The translations under genes and the position numbers were made by a program. Shown here in pieces: positions 30,721 to 45,418 of a stretch of DNA of 64,000 nt; position 1 is the first letter of the stretch; each line of letters starts with the position of its first letter. The notes below the pieces were generated by a model that saw only the letters and a program-made list of their open reading frames with translations, did not search any database and had not been told where the DNA came from. The stretch comes from Octopus vulgaris (Eukaryota), in the NCBI GenBank assembly GCA_951406725.2, contig OX597828.1:24800001-24864000 (forward strand). Reading direction: 5' to 3'.

Positions 30721-30919
30721 TCCTATATACATATATATATATATAGGGAGATATACGTATGTGCATATACGTATACATATGTATATATACATGTATACGT
30801 ATATGCCATATACACATACACATGCATGAATCTCATGGGAGAAGTTGATCTATTTTCTCCTGTCCTACATTCGTACATGAAATATGTATATGATGTGCGT
30901 GTCTGTGTGTATGTATATA

Positions 30920-30976
<57 letters not shown>

Positions 30977-31419
30977 GTGCGTGTGTGTGGAGAGGGAGAG
31001 AGGCGATAAACTTCTGATAAATCGGTGAGTCAACCAAATTGCTACTCCACATTTGTTTCGTCAATGTAAACAAAGGTGAACACAGCAATTATAATAGGAG
31101 TCAGTGTATTCGATGAGCACTATTAAAGGTGGCACCCCAAAATTGCGATACCCGGTTTAATCCACGGATTTAATCCGTATCCAGGATGGGGGATGGAGGA
31201 TAAGCGAAGTGTACACTCATACATATGCTACGGTCTGATCTTCTGCCTTTCGATTTTGATTAACGTCCTCTCTTTGCCAACAAAGGTCACGCAGGCTCCG
31301 AAAAGTATTGTACGCCTCTGCACGTAATGTATACTTTGTTAATTATCGAAATGATCATAGATAATTAAACAATTCTTTTTATAACATATCTAATTACAGT
31401 ATATATATATATATATATA

Positions 31420-31502
<83 letters not shown>

Positions 31503-31506
<4 letters not shown>

Positions 31507-31962
31507 AATCTCTGAGTGAGGTATAAACAGTAGCTGCAACACATCGTGAAGTATATTTATCACTTAAATGTGGATAACCCCTAAGGGTACCTTGTAGCCC
31601 CAGGAGGACACCTCCTCCAGCTGGCTATTGATACACTTTCTGTGCCCTATCAGCTATTGTTTATACTTCGCTCAGAGATTTATTATTGCTTGTTTACACT
31701 TTTTCGATATCAGTAACTTTTCGTCACTGGAAAAAGGATATATATTTGCAAAGAGAGGCCTACTTTTCATCGACAACTCGTGGTTGTCACACGCTGATGA
31801 CGGGTCAATACCCAGAAACTCGAGTCCGTGTGTATCATAGGTTGAAGACGCGAAGGATGGCTTCCCTTTGGAAATACTGATAGGGCACAGAAAGTGTGTC
31901 AATAGCCTCCTGGGGCTACAAACTACAGTAGCATCCACCCTTAAGTGGTAAATATACTTCAC
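31503..31962 (+). mobile_element. Second, diverged copy of the ~351-nt retrozyme-like element with an inverted 5' segment
   Basis: Colinear with 24993-25559; inverted 31503-31653; (TA)n flanks. Confidence 0.82.
31788..31832 (+). ncRNA. Type I hammerhead ribozyme
   Basis: CACACG-CTGATGA-CGGGT-CAAT-ACCCA-GAAA-CTCGAG-TC-CGTGTG. Confidence 0.88.
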
Positions 31963-31981
31963 TATATATATATATATATAT

Positions 31982-32420
31982 GGCTGGTTATCTACTCCTT
32001 ATGCAGAGTTTGACCACCTCCTGTGCCTACACCTTAGCACCATCATGGCATCTGGTGTGGCTTTTTAAACCAGACAAGGCTCTGAAAAGACACCCACATA
32101 GATTGCAACTCCAATTTGGACCACCAAGTTCTGCCCTTTGTGGATCTTGAAATGACTTTTGAGGCCTCCGTTGGATTTGCAAACCTTCTGGCATACACTG
32201 TATTCAAAGGTGTGCACAGACATATAGGCAGAACAGTTGGTGGAGGTTCGTTTTCCATGCTTTCGCAGCTGAGATTGGAAGCCAATAAAAGACAGGCATG
32301 GTCAGTCACAGACTGTGTACACAAAAAGGCGCTTCTCAGTCACCTTCTCGATCGTTACATTCTTCCTTAGATCTCTTTTCTGTCTTACTTGCTTTATCGT
32401 GGCCTTAATGCAAATTCCAT
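31982..32420 (-). mobile_element. 3' end of a probable RTE-like LINE with three decayed C2H2 zinc fingers
   Basis: VCD*PCLSFIGFQSQLRKH, VCQKVCKSNGGLKSHFKIH, CNLCGCLFRALSGLKSHTRCH, then a short 3' UTR; resembles the RTE terminal finger at ~62610-62670. Confidence 0.6.
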
Positions 32421-32892
32421 CATAAGTGATATCCAAATTACAATGGAGAAGGCACACCACTGGATTTAGTTGAACAAGAGTCGGCGAACTCGTTCAGAAA
32501 TGTTAAAAGTGGCACCCAAAAATTCATAGAAGAATATTGAACGAAACCTAGTGACCAGTTGATCCAGCAAGCAGAGCTTAATTTAATGAGGAGGGTGCCG
32601 GTGTACGGTGATGCCTTCGAGAGGATGGCCCCGAAATGGCACAAATTCTCTCTGATGACCATATAAGTTTGCTACCATTCAGTATACGCTGGTTTCAACT
32701 AGTAGCACTTGCAGCTACAAGTCTTTTGCAGAATGGCTAAATGAAATATATGTACACACACACACACACACATACATATATATATATGTGTGTGTGTATG
32801 TGTGTGTGTGTTTGTGTGTGTGTGTATATATATATATATATGTATATGTATATATATACATATATATATATACATACATATATATATATATA

Positions 32893-32984
<92 letters not shown>

Positions 32985-33501
32985 CACACACACATACACA
33001 CATATAACGTAGATTTCGCACATATTTCATACTCTGCGTTCAGCATAAACTATATGTGAAATTTGTGCCTTTCTACTTTTATGCAAAATGCGTTCCTCTT
33101 AAACATCATTCTTATTGATTATGTATATAGATAAAAGTCGGTCCCATCTGGAGTTAATGCAAAGTAATAACCTGTTGGAGATTAACTACTGGTTATTAAT
33201 TGAGCATACTCTATTAGTCTATCTGTTTCTTTCTCCCGCTTTCTCATGTTTGCGTGTATTTATGTATAACATAAGAGAGACCAGCGCACTCAATACCTGA
33301 AAAGTAGGATGTAATTAAATAAAGCACTTGGGAAACAGAAAAGCTTCAAATTCTCTTATTGGAAAATTTACATTTGGTATACCATATTCGCTGTTTACCA
33401 ACAGCGGAGCCTCATATCAATTATTGATATAATCCACCAAATGGATTCGTATAAACTTTCTGTTAACCCGATTATTGGTGGACTTAAGAGTAGAGATAAT
33501 C

Positions 33502-33936
33502 TTTACTACTCTAGGCACAAGACCCGAAATTTTGTGGGGAAGGGGCCATTCAATTAGATCAACCCCAGTCCGCAACTGGTACTTAATTTGTCGACCCGAA
33601 AGGATGAAAGGCAAAGTCGACCTCTTTGGAATTTGAACTCAAGAACGTAACGGCAGACGAAATACGGCTACGCATTTCGCCCGGCGTGCTAACGTTTCTG
33701 CCAGCTCGCCGCCTTAAATATATGCTTTACTACTCTAGGAACAGGGTCCGAAATTTGGGGGTAGGGGACCAGTCAATTAGATCGACCCCTGTACGCATCT
33801 GGTACTTAATTTATCGACCCGGAAAGGATGAAATGCAAAGTCGACCTCAGAGGAATTTGAACTCAGAACGTAAAGACAGACGAACTACCGCTTGGGATTT
33901 AGCCCGACGTGTTAACGTTTCTGCCAGCTCGCCGCC
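33502..33936 (-). mobile_element. Two head-to-tail SINE family A copies (33502-33713, 33726-33936), tail type 2
   Basis: Same head and core as 6079-6308 but tail reads CCCC..AAATTTCGG..TGTGCCTAGAGTAG. Confidence 0.88.
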
Positions 33937-34071
33937 TTTTGGGAGTATACATAATAACATTTGATCAGGTCGCCCCGTAGTTTGATTGAACTCACGACTT
34001 CATGGTCTCAGGGTGGATTTCTTAAATATTCGGCAAATCTGTGTCAAAATATAAAAGTACATTTTTTATTC

Positions 34072-34295
34072 TCTTTCTTGTTTCAGTCACTTAACTGTCC
34101 TACTGGAGCACGGCTGTAAAAGGTTTTAGTCGAAGACATCGATCCCAGGACTTATTCTTTGTAAGCCTAGCACTTATTCTATCGGCCTCTTATGCCGAAC
34201 CGCTATGTGGAAGCATAAACACACAGCATCGCTTGTCAAGCGATGTTGGGGGGAAAAACACACACAAACCTATACACACACACACACACACACAT

Positions 34296-34340
<45 letters not shown>

Positions 34341-34462
34341 ACGGACTTCTTTCAGTTTCCGTCTACCAAATCCACTCACAAGGCTTTGGTCGGCCCGAGG
34401 CTATAGTAGAAGACACTTGTCCACGGTGCAACACAGTGGAACTGAACCCGAAAACTGCGCCT
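34072..34462 (-). mobile_element. SINE family B
   Basis: Matches 16063-16457. Confidence 0.85.
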
Positions 34463-34466
34463 GGGT

Positions 34467-34538
<72 letters not shown>

Positions 34539-34786
34539 TGTGTGTCTGTGTGTGTGTGTATGTGTGTGTGTGTGTGTGATGTATAGATATTGCCTCCAAG
34601 CATTTGAGCGCATGCGTGTGTGTGTTAGCGTGTGCCGCATGTGTAATTGAGTGGGTGGGTGTCATATGGGGATGGGTGTACTGAACGCTGTCCTGATGCC
34701 GTCTCATTGATTTTTGCCAAGGGATTACATTAAAGAGACGTGTGTCTATGGAAATATTCACCTACTTCCAAAATACTATATCATAT

Positions 34787-34824
<38 letters not shown>

Positions 34825-34933
34825 GTGTGTGTGTATATGTATGTACGTACGTATGTATGTATGTATGTATGTATGTATGTATGTATGTATGTATGTATGT
34901 ATGTATGTATGTATGTATGTATGTATGTATGTA

Positions 34934-34964
<31 letters not shown>

Positions 34965-35053
34965 ATGCATGTATGTATGTATGTATGTATGTACGTGTAT
35001 GTATGTATGTATGTATGTATGTATGTATGTATGTATGTATGTATGCATGCATG

Positions 35054-35087
<34 letters not shown>

Positions 35088-35262
35088 TGTATGTATGTAT
35101 GTATGTACGTATGTATGTATGCTTATGTGTTGTGGAAACCACTTATCGTTATTATTTGGGCATGAAGCCTTTGTCGCTAGCAAATACCAGCTGACCTCTT
35201 TATGTAAAAGAAATTTAAATTACTAATCTCGATGACTTTATACATACATTCATACATATATG

Positions 35263-35388
<126 letters not shown>

Positions 35389-35389
35389 G

Positions 35390-35466
<77 letters not shown>

Positions 35467-36002
35467 AAGAAGGGATTTAATAAGAATGATTTAAAAAGTT
35501 ATGTTTATATATGTGTGTTGAATCTCATCTTCACAAATACCAGTAAAATTTCATAAAAATTTGAAGTAAAACATTTCTATCTTCTGTTTGAGAGTCAAGA
35601 ACAAGTCTAGAGATTTTTCATTGAATTCTTCTTTAAATATAGATTGGTACAGAGTTCAAAGTGTTAGAAAGAGAACGGGTATAGGTATCTATTGTCTAAA
35701 AGAAATCTTTGTGTATTCCTGCCAAGTGAGTGGCTTAAAATTATTTACTGAATAGGTTTTATGTCCACCTGTTTATGATTGTTTGTGTGTATGTGTGTGT
35801 GTGCGTATTGTGTTGAATGTCCTTTCAATATGTTTGGAATGTGACTAGCTTGGTGTTGTGTGTGTGTGTGTGTTGTGATGAATGTCTCGCTGAAGACAGA
35901 ATTAGGATTTTCCTTTGGGTTGCATGTAATCCTTTGAGTGTCACCACCTGTCTGTATGTGTGTGGTCACCAGCTGTGTATATGTGTGTGTTTGCGTGTGT
36001 GT

Positions 36003-36086
<84 letters not shown>

Positions 36087-36199
36087 TTATGTGCACGCAG
36101 GCACATAAATTGGAAAAAGAATTATGGATTAATGGGAAGTATTTTTCAAAATGATAATAAGCATAAAATGTTTTTTTTTGCGTCTGTTCATATTTATTG

Positions 36200-38530
36200 G
36201 TTGGTTGAGGTTGGGTCTATATTTAATTGTGGTTTATTCTTGTTAATAAGTTGTCTTTCTTTATTTAGTCTTTATTGTTGTTTGAAAGAATTTGGGCATT
36301 TTTAGAAGAGAAACACCGTAAAAACCCATGTAAGTTGCGCACCAGGTAATTTTCAGAATAAAAATTGTTAAAAAAAGCTTCTATTCGTGTAAAATTCGCA
36401 CCCAAAAGTTTTCAGAATTGCTGATATGGCCAGTGGGGAAAGGCTTTCAATTTAGTTGGATTTAGAATAATTTCATTAACTTATGTTTAGATTTTATTGA
36501 ATGTTTATTAAATAAAAATAATTTCAGTTTAACAGGTATCACATTGAAAGCTATTAAATTACGAAGTGTTTGTGTTGTTTATAATAAACTTTATTTTACA
36601 TTTCTTGCCCACAAGAGCTTACGTCCGATCTTTGGCATACTTCTGTGTCTTCTCAAATCACGATCACAAGAAAAATTGTTAATAATTCTTATCAGCAAAA
36701 ACAAAGCTGATAAATACGAACTAGTGTTGCAAAATAAGTTTAATTACCGATAAACATCAGCTTGGATGACACTTTACTCAACCGACAGAGGAAGGTGACC
36801 GATCAAATTGATTATGTAAACAGAATTCTGATTCGTCGAAAGTGTCTTTTTGTCTGAAGCTCTGATTTTCTGCCTATTCTTGTGGGCACCTTTGATATGG
36901 AGTATCGAAATTTTAATCCCTTTCACACCTATAAAATATCAAGCAAACTTTAAAATTTGTCATTACCTTTTTAGCCCGCTAAAATAAACATTAAAAATCG
37001 AAAGGAGAAAATAAACAGCTTTGCAAGTTTAACTTAGTGTTTATTGAACAAGAGAGGTGCGAATTTTAAGAAGCGACTCGTTAGAATATACATGTCTGTG
37101 AAGAGACATAAACAAGAATAGCAAAAATCTACTATACCAAAAGAACAAGTGCTCTATGAAGAGAACATAAGATTGCTGCATAATTCAACATGAATGTGAA
37201 GCGACATTAAACATCGTTTAAGGTAAATGAAGGTTTCTGTAGGAACGCTAAGTCGTATTCACTTAGTGAGTTTACATGCGCAAGGATGAATTATAATGTT
37301 GTTGTCGGCGTTAGGTGCAGTAAGAGCTAGTAGCGGCGATGTCGGCGGTGATGAATTTCATTGTCCTAAAGCGGAGAGAGCGAGCAATAGCTTCTTGGAT
37401 GCAAGCGCAAGCTAGACTCCTTAAGCAGAGAAAAACTGATCTATTAAAAGAAATTACTGGGCTCCATTGCGATAAGTAGAAACTCCAAGCAATGTAAAAT
37501 ATGGTCCGGACTGTGATTACCAGCATGAACATCAAACTTCAAAATTTTGTTAACCATTTAATGGTTTAGTAAATTTATGCAGAAAATGCAAGCATTATAC
37601 CGTTCAGCATAAATAAAAGTCAACTTCATTAAGTTTTTTTCTGTAAAAACCTATTCTGACATTAAATCAGTCACCTTTCCGTACGAATATTTACATTTGT
37701 ACGTCATTTTTTACAAAAAAATTCTAAATACATTCTGGAAACGATTTACTCATGTACTTTACGCACCCACTGATGTTTATTTTTGATTTTGCGAAAAAAA
37801 TAAGTTCGTAAATTACGTGGGTTTTTACGGCATTTTGAAACTGGGTAAGACCATTCCTGCACACATTGCAATGTGAATGCTTAAAGGAATTTTCCTTGTG
37901 CTTTTGTCTCGGATATGTTGGCGATGGGTCGTCATTCTGTTGCGTAACGATCCGTCCGTCTGACCTATGTAATTATGCTGCAACTGTTAAATGTAATTAC
38001 GTAGATCAGGTTTTCCGTGTTGCGGGTGAGAGTGGACTTTGAAGGTTTGGCCATCTTTGAATTTAAATTCTGTCTCCTCAATTAAGAAACAGCAAGTGCC
38101 GCAGTTTGTTCTTCCGCATTTTGTGACAGTTGGGTTAGGGGTGTCTTTGTGCGTTTTTGCTCCGGTGAGAATGAGTTTTAGTGTTTCAGCTGCCTTTTGA
38201 GTTTGATGGTTTGTTGTTTTTCCAAGATCTTCCTCATTTTTTCATCTGAGAATAAGATGAGGAGGTTATGTGGATGCAATCAAATATTTCGGTGTTCCTG
38301 AGACTGATGGTTGACATGAATGGTAAAATATTATTTTCTTGAGTTCATTGATATCCATTGTTTATTCCGTTGGTGATCATGCCAGGAGGGAAGGCTCTTT
38401 CGATAAATGAGTCCTTCTGTTTCTCTAGTCTTTGTTCATGTTTGGATGGTTCGGATACTATGGTGCAAATTCGTTTTGGTGTGTTTCGGGTGACATGACG
38501 TGAAAAGAAACAGACCAAACTCAACATTCC
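36200..38530 (-). mobile_element. Penelope-like retroelement remnant (RT C-terminus and GIY-YIG endonuclease), interrupted
   Basis: KRICTIVSE..AFPPGMITNGI at 38345-38500; NLIYVITFNSC / NYIGQT..LRNRMTTHRQHI..HIAMC at 37850-38025; ERQLINKNKPQLN at 36220-36260. Confidence 0.82.
36316..37830. mobile_element. Non-autonomous pogo-like DNA transposon (~1.5 kb)
   Basis: TIRs CCGTAAAAACCCATGTAAGTTGCG / CGTAAATTACGTGGGTTTTTACGG; both flanks read CA (presumed decayed TA). Confidence 0.75.
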
Positions 38531-38799
38531 CTTCGGCCGGGCAAAAACGAATTGTTACCACAGTATCACAACCTTGCAATTTTTTTTATGGATTTTAAAA
38601 CAGAAAAGGTGTAGTTACAAGTAAAAAGAATGCATAAGGAATGTGTAAACTGGTTTTATTAACTGAACTACCTTAAAGATGAGACGATTTGTGTGCTCGT
38701 TTTGCGGATTTCCGCTAGTACTTCACGGCAATAATTCGCACGACTCTCGGTTCGTACAGCAAACTACTCATACGATGGGACACTCGTACGGCGCGGTTC

Positions 38800-38900
<101 letters not shown>

Positions 38901-39165
38901 CATATGTATATATATATAAAGCAGAGCAGGAGCAAACACGAGGAGGGAAAGCGTCGCTGACAAGGTCACAGGTGTGTGATGAAAGATTTCTGGACAATGG
39001 ACATACGTTAAAATGTGGACAGTAATAAACGAGTGAAGAACCAGTATATAGTGCGTGTGTTTATTTGGCAAAACAAAAAAGGAGAAATGACCGTTCCGAA
39101 GTATAACTATATTTGTTTCAACGGAAGGTTTCACATGAGGAATCTTGCAACACAAATCATAAACG

Positions 39166-39268
<103 letters not shown>

Positions 39269-39372
39269 GTATGCATATATATATATGTGTATTTACAGAA
39301 AAACAAAGACAAAGACAGGTGTATGAACACCAAGCAGGTGTATTTGTTTGACGCTCGGGATTATACAGAAAC

Positions 39373-39409
<37 letters not shown>

Positions 39410-39645
39410 TATAGTCATTTATATATATATACTTATATATTTATATTTGTATTTAACCATCTGTTAATCGTTTTGGTCACTAGACTGCTGTCGTATGGCG
39501 GCTCTGCCTCAAGGATATCGACCCGAGTACTTGACCTTTTTATTTACTGAAACTAAATGACAAAGACAGAAGAAGGAACAAACAGGTATATTAGTTTAAC
39601 GCTCGGAATCAATGGGTTAATATTTGTGCATATACATAAACATAT

Positions 39646-39797
<152 letters not shown>

Positions 39798-39906
39798 GAA
39801 ATAGAAAGATGAATAATCTTGTTTGGCCATGGGCTCTTAGGAGCCTCGTTCGATTTGTTTTGCTGCGCCTCTGTTCTGTTTTTGTTTTTGCCAACGGAAT
39901 TCCTAG

Positions 39907-39986
39907 TTCTTCCGAAGAGAAAGACACAATATGGTCTCCTTATTCAATCGGAATTTGGTAAATTGTATTTCGAAACACGTGTAGAA
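39907..39986 (+). ncRNA. Degenerate type I hammerhead motif
   Basis: CCGAAGA-GAAAGACA..TGTATTTC-GAAA-CACGTG-TA, weak stem I; AATAAA follows. Confidence 0.55.
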
Positions 39987-40041
39987 TGCAATAAAACGAT
40001 TTCTGTTCAATCTTCGCTCAACTCCATTTCTTCAATTCACT

Positions 40042-40072
<31 letters not shown>

Positions 40073-40095
40073 AGTATTCGTACATACATACATAC

Positions 40096-40152
<57 letters not shown>

Positions 40153-40634
40153 CAATATGATTCTTTCAGTTTCCACCTGCCAAATCCACTGACAATGCTT
40201 TGGTCGGCTCGAAGTTATAGTAGAAGATAGCCGCCCAACGTTTCACGCAGTGGGACTGAACCAGGAACAACGTGATTGGGAAGGAAGCTTCTTTCCTCAC
40301 AGTTTACATCTAACTCAGAAGGTCTTGGTCTGCTCGAGGCAGACCGAAGTGGACGACACTTGCGCAAAGTTCCACGCAGTGCGGCTGAACTACCAACTTT
40401 TGTTTTGACAATATCTATATCTTTCCGTTCTGCTCACTGCATCGAGTTCTGTATCAGATAATGTCTCAACAACATAAACAAAAAGAATATTTGAAAGATA
40501 TTTTGTAATTCCTACATTAGGATTCACAAACGTACACAGATCGATACGTGTGTATGTGTTTATGTAAACATAATGTTCAGTTGTTGAATTCGTTAGAATA
40601 CACGCACACGCACAAACATGTGTATGTATGTAGG

Positions 40635-40734
<100 letters not shown>

Positions 40735-40917
40735 TTATTTATTAATTTATTTACATTACTTCAACATCCAAATTTCCTCATTCTACATTGAGAGAAGAAC
40801 GAGATGGACGCTTTATTTTTATGCTGTTGCCGCATTATGTCGTACGCGAATGAGAGGATTTGCATCCCCAACCAAGAATTTTTGATGTAATACATGTCCT
40901 TGTGGAAGTTGTTGTGC

Positions 40918-40995
40918 GCGGCTGAAGAAGGCCACAGACATACATTATGCATTGTTATAAATCCGTCTAATAAAGGCCCGAAACATATGTACCGC
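40918..40995 (+). ncRNA. Type I hammerhead ribozyme motif with long loop II
   Basis: GCGG-CTGAAGA-AGGCC..GGCCC-GAAA-CATATG-TA-CCGC. Confidence 0.8.
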
Positions 40996-41025
40996 TGAAT
41001 CCTTGGCATCATGTTTTTATTTTGA

Positions 41026-41090
<65 letters not shown>

Positions 41091-41111
41091 GTATATATAT
41101 ATGTGTGTGTA

Positions 41112-41427
41112 TGGAGGTGCAATGGCCTAGTGGTTAGGTCAGCGGACTCGCGGTTTCCATTCCAAGACCGGGCGTTGTTTATTGAGTAAAAGCGCCCAAA
41201 GCTCCACGCAGCTTCGGCAAAGGGTGGTGGCGAACCCTTGTGTATACCTTTCTTCCACTCATTCTTCCTGTTTCTGTTGTACCTGTATTTCAAAGGGCCA
41301 GCCTTGTCACGCTGTATCTACCCGAGAATTACGTTAAGGGTGCACGTGTCTGTGGAGTGCTCAACCACTTGCACGTTAATTTCACGATCAGGCTGTTCCG
41401 TGACTGTAACCCTCGACGAAGTGCCAC

Positions 41428-41430
<3 letters not shown>
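41112..41430 (+). mobile_element. tRNA-derived SINE family D
   Basis: A box TGGCCTAGTGGTTAGG; tail CACTTGCACGTTAATTTCACGA..GCTGTTCCGT shared with 29090-29130. Confidence 0.7.
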
Positions 41431-41495
<65 letters not shown>

Positions 41496-41711
41496 TGTGT
41501 GTGTATGTATGAATGTATGTATATGTATGTATATGTATGTATGTGTATATATATATACATACATTTGTATGTAAGTATATCAAAATTTTAATATTTCAAT
41601 TAAAAAATTTTAAAGAAACAGAAGATTCGTAGCTTATAACGCATAAGTCAACTTCCAAAATATCATTACTATTTCGATATATATGTGTGTGAGTTTGTGT
41701 GTGTGTGTTTG

Positions 41712-41748
<37 letters not shown>

Positions 41749-41774
41749 CATATTATACATATTATACATATATT

Positions 41775-41815
<41 letters not shown>

Positions 41816-42067
41816 ATTATACATATGTTTATGCATTCACGCACAAATACACACACACGTATGCATATACTGATACACACATAAGAGAGGGAGAGAGAGG
41901 GAAGAGAGAGTGGGGAGGCGGGAGAGTGCAGTGAGGGGGAGAGGGAAGGAAAGAGAGAGAGGCATTAATGCACACACACACACACACAGGTGCATCCACA
42001 GAGACTTGTTCAAAGGGATTCCACCTGAAGTTTACATTCGGCAGTGTCTTCGCTAATACTTCCACCA

Positions 42068-42119
<52 letters not shown>

Positions 42120-42121
42120 AC

Positions 42122-42177
<56 letters not shown>

Positions 42178-42354
42178 AAACACACACGCACACACACAGA
42201 AGTATATGCACATACATGCACACGACTATCGTGCACTCACTTATTACCACGGCGGGAACTTAGTTTCGATGATGGAGCGACGAAAGCGTTGGAGGAAATT
42301 GACGAAGGATCCATTCTCCAAATCACAAGTGGTAGCGTTCCTTTCATACTTCTC

Positions 42355-42401
<47 letters not shown>

Positions 42402-42682
42402 GTCTACTTATTTATTTATCAGTCTCTCTCCTTTTCTCTCTCTCTCTCTCTCTTTCTATCTCTATCTTTATTAATCTATCCATCTATCTATCTGTTTATC
42501 TCTGTATGTCTTTCTCTCCCTCACTAACACACATGCTGCGAAGCACACACACACACACACACACAGATATTTATTATGTGTATTTGTGTATCTAAGTATG
42601 CATGTATATCTGTGCGTGTGTGTCTGTGTGTCTGTTTGTGTCTGAGCGTATGTGTGTGTGGGTGAGTGTGCGTGTCTGTTTG

Positions 42683-42734
<52 letters not shown>

Positions 42735-42943
42735 TGTGTGTGTGTGTGCCTGTTTGTGTGTGTGTGTATACACTTACATACACCTACTTGAACATGTTCC
42801 TCTGTGTTTACTTCAATCGAGTTTTTGTTTTCATTGTGATAATTTTCAAGCGTTGCTTTCAATATACACTTACACACACAGACATATCTGTGGCTGTGTG
42901 CGAGAGCGGCCGCCACTCTACCATCTATCCTTCTGTAGATGCA

Positions 42944-42991
<48 letters not shown>

Positions 42992-43039
42992 GGCAGAGAC
43001 AGAGACAGAGAGAAAGATAAACAAATGCACTCCGCTCAT

Positions 43040-43133
<94 letters not shown>

Positions 43134-43169
43134 GCATGTACACACGCAACACACACACATTTAGATAAA

Positions 43170-43244
43170 GATAGTTATGACCGGTTCATAAGGTCACCCA
43201 GGGTTTGTCAAGCGATGGTGGGGGTGGGGGGAAACACAAACTTT

Positions 43245-43317
<73 letters not shown>

Positions 43318-43472
43318 GACGGGATTCTTTCAGTTTCCGTCTACCAAATCCACCAAATCCCGAGGCGACATATAGTAGGGGGACACTTACCCAAGGTGCA
43401 ACGCAGTGAGACTGAACCCGGAACCATGTGGTGGGTATGCAAGTTACTTACCACACAGCCACGGCTGCTCCT
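43170..43472 (-). mobile_element. SINE family B, partial
   Basis: Head and core match. Confidence 0.8.
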
Positions 43473-43554
43473 ATATATATATATATAAATATATTCGTGC
43501 ATGCATGTTTGTGTGTGTGCGTGTATGTGCGTGCGCGTGCGTGTATGTGCGTGC

Positions 43555-43592
<38 letters not shown>

Positions 43593-43734
43593 CCATCTAT
43601 GTTTATAGGTATTCTCATGCATACATCCACCCATACATCCATCCATCCGACCGTCCATCCATTCATGCATACATACATACACACATACATGCATCCATCC
43701 ATCCATAGATACCTGCATACGCATATCTGCATAT

Positions 43735-43767
<33 letters not shown>

Positions 43768-43936
43768 CACTCACACATACATATCAATAATTGCTTCTTT
43801 CTTTTAATTGTTTTTCTTTTTACTCAAAAATTTTCTTACATTTATTCTTAACTTTCGGTACTTTGTCTCGCTTACTCTTTCTATATTTCACTCTCCCTTC
43901 CCAACTCTCCCTCTCTCCTCCTTTACTTCCTACATT

Positions 43937-43968
<32 letters not shown>

Positions 43969-44126
43969 ACTCTTTCTTTCTCTCTTTCTCTTTCTCTCTC
44001 ATTCTCCATCTCTCCATCTCTCCTTCATGTTTTCATTCAATTCCGTTCTGTTTACTCTCGAATTATTTACCGTAGGTTCTCTCCGTCTTTCTCTCATTTT
44101 TTATTTATTTCTCTCTCCTCTCTCTG

Positions 44127-44179
<53 letters not shown>

Positions 44180-44412
44180 TACACACACACACTTTCTCTT
44201 TCACCCTCTCCCTGTCTTGCCCTTTCTCTCTCACGCTCGAACACGTACGCACTGACTGTTTTCTTTCTCTCCCGCCTTCCCGTTCTCCCTCTCTCCTTCT
44301 CTCGCTCTCTTTATCTATCTGTCTATCTATCTATCTATCTATCTATCAATCTATCTTTCTATTTTTTATCCAACAATTTATCTATCTATTTATTTATCTA
44401 TCTATCTGTCTA

Positions 44413-44491
<79 letters not shown>

Positions 44492-44751
44492 GTCTTTCTA
44501 GCCATCTATCTATCTCTTCATAACTTTCCGCTCTAAATTTTCCGCTCTAAAACTTTCACCTATTTTCTCTCTACATTCGCTCTCTCTCTCTCTCTCTCTC
44601 TACTCCTCCTTTCCCTCCCTCCTATTTTCCTTTTCCCTCGCTCACACTTGTAATTATTCCTTTGACATTTCCACACTTAAACTCCCATTCACTTGCATAT
44701 ATAAATATACACACACACATACACACACAGAATACTTCATACATACACGCA

Positions 44752-44986
44752 CACATACATACATACATACATACATACATACATACATACATACATACAT
44801 ACATACATACATACATACATACATACATACATACATACATACATACATACATACATACATACATACATACATACATACATACATACATACATACATACAT
44901 GCATACATACATACATACATACATACATACATACATACATACATACATACATACATACATACATACATACATACATACATACATAC
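44752..44986. repeat. (CATA)n microsatellite
   Basis: Direct reading. Confidence 0.98.
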
Positions 44987-45202
44987 CCTGTTGTTGATGT
45001 TGAAATTCCAAAGAAGGATCATTGGATCTAGGTTAGAAACCAGTTCATTCTCTATTGATTGGCAAGAAATCTTGAAATAAACTGAATAATATCATAAACA
45101 CATAAAACACACAAGTGAGTTTTCTCTTTTTTTGCTCCTTCTCATTCTCACTCACATATGTATGTGTCTGTCATTCACACAATCCTTCTCTTTGTCTCCC
45201 CA

Positions 45203-45234
<32 letters not shown>

Positions 45235-45247
45235 GCCCTCTCCTCCG

Positions 45248-45278
<31 letters not shown>

Positions 45279-45327
45279 TCTCAATCGCTTCTGTATCTTT
45301 CTTCACACACCTTCCTATGCCTGTGCG

Positions 45328-45358
<31 letters not shown>

Positions 45359-45365
45359 AAATATG

Positions 45366-45417
<52 letters not shown>

Positions 45418-45418
45418 C

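Noticed and set aside
42235-42345. Candidate convertase exon 2 on the minus strand (LENGSF..RFRRS, GTGAGT donor)
   Set aside because: That frame stops before the donor, there is no good acceptor, and the similarity is superficial
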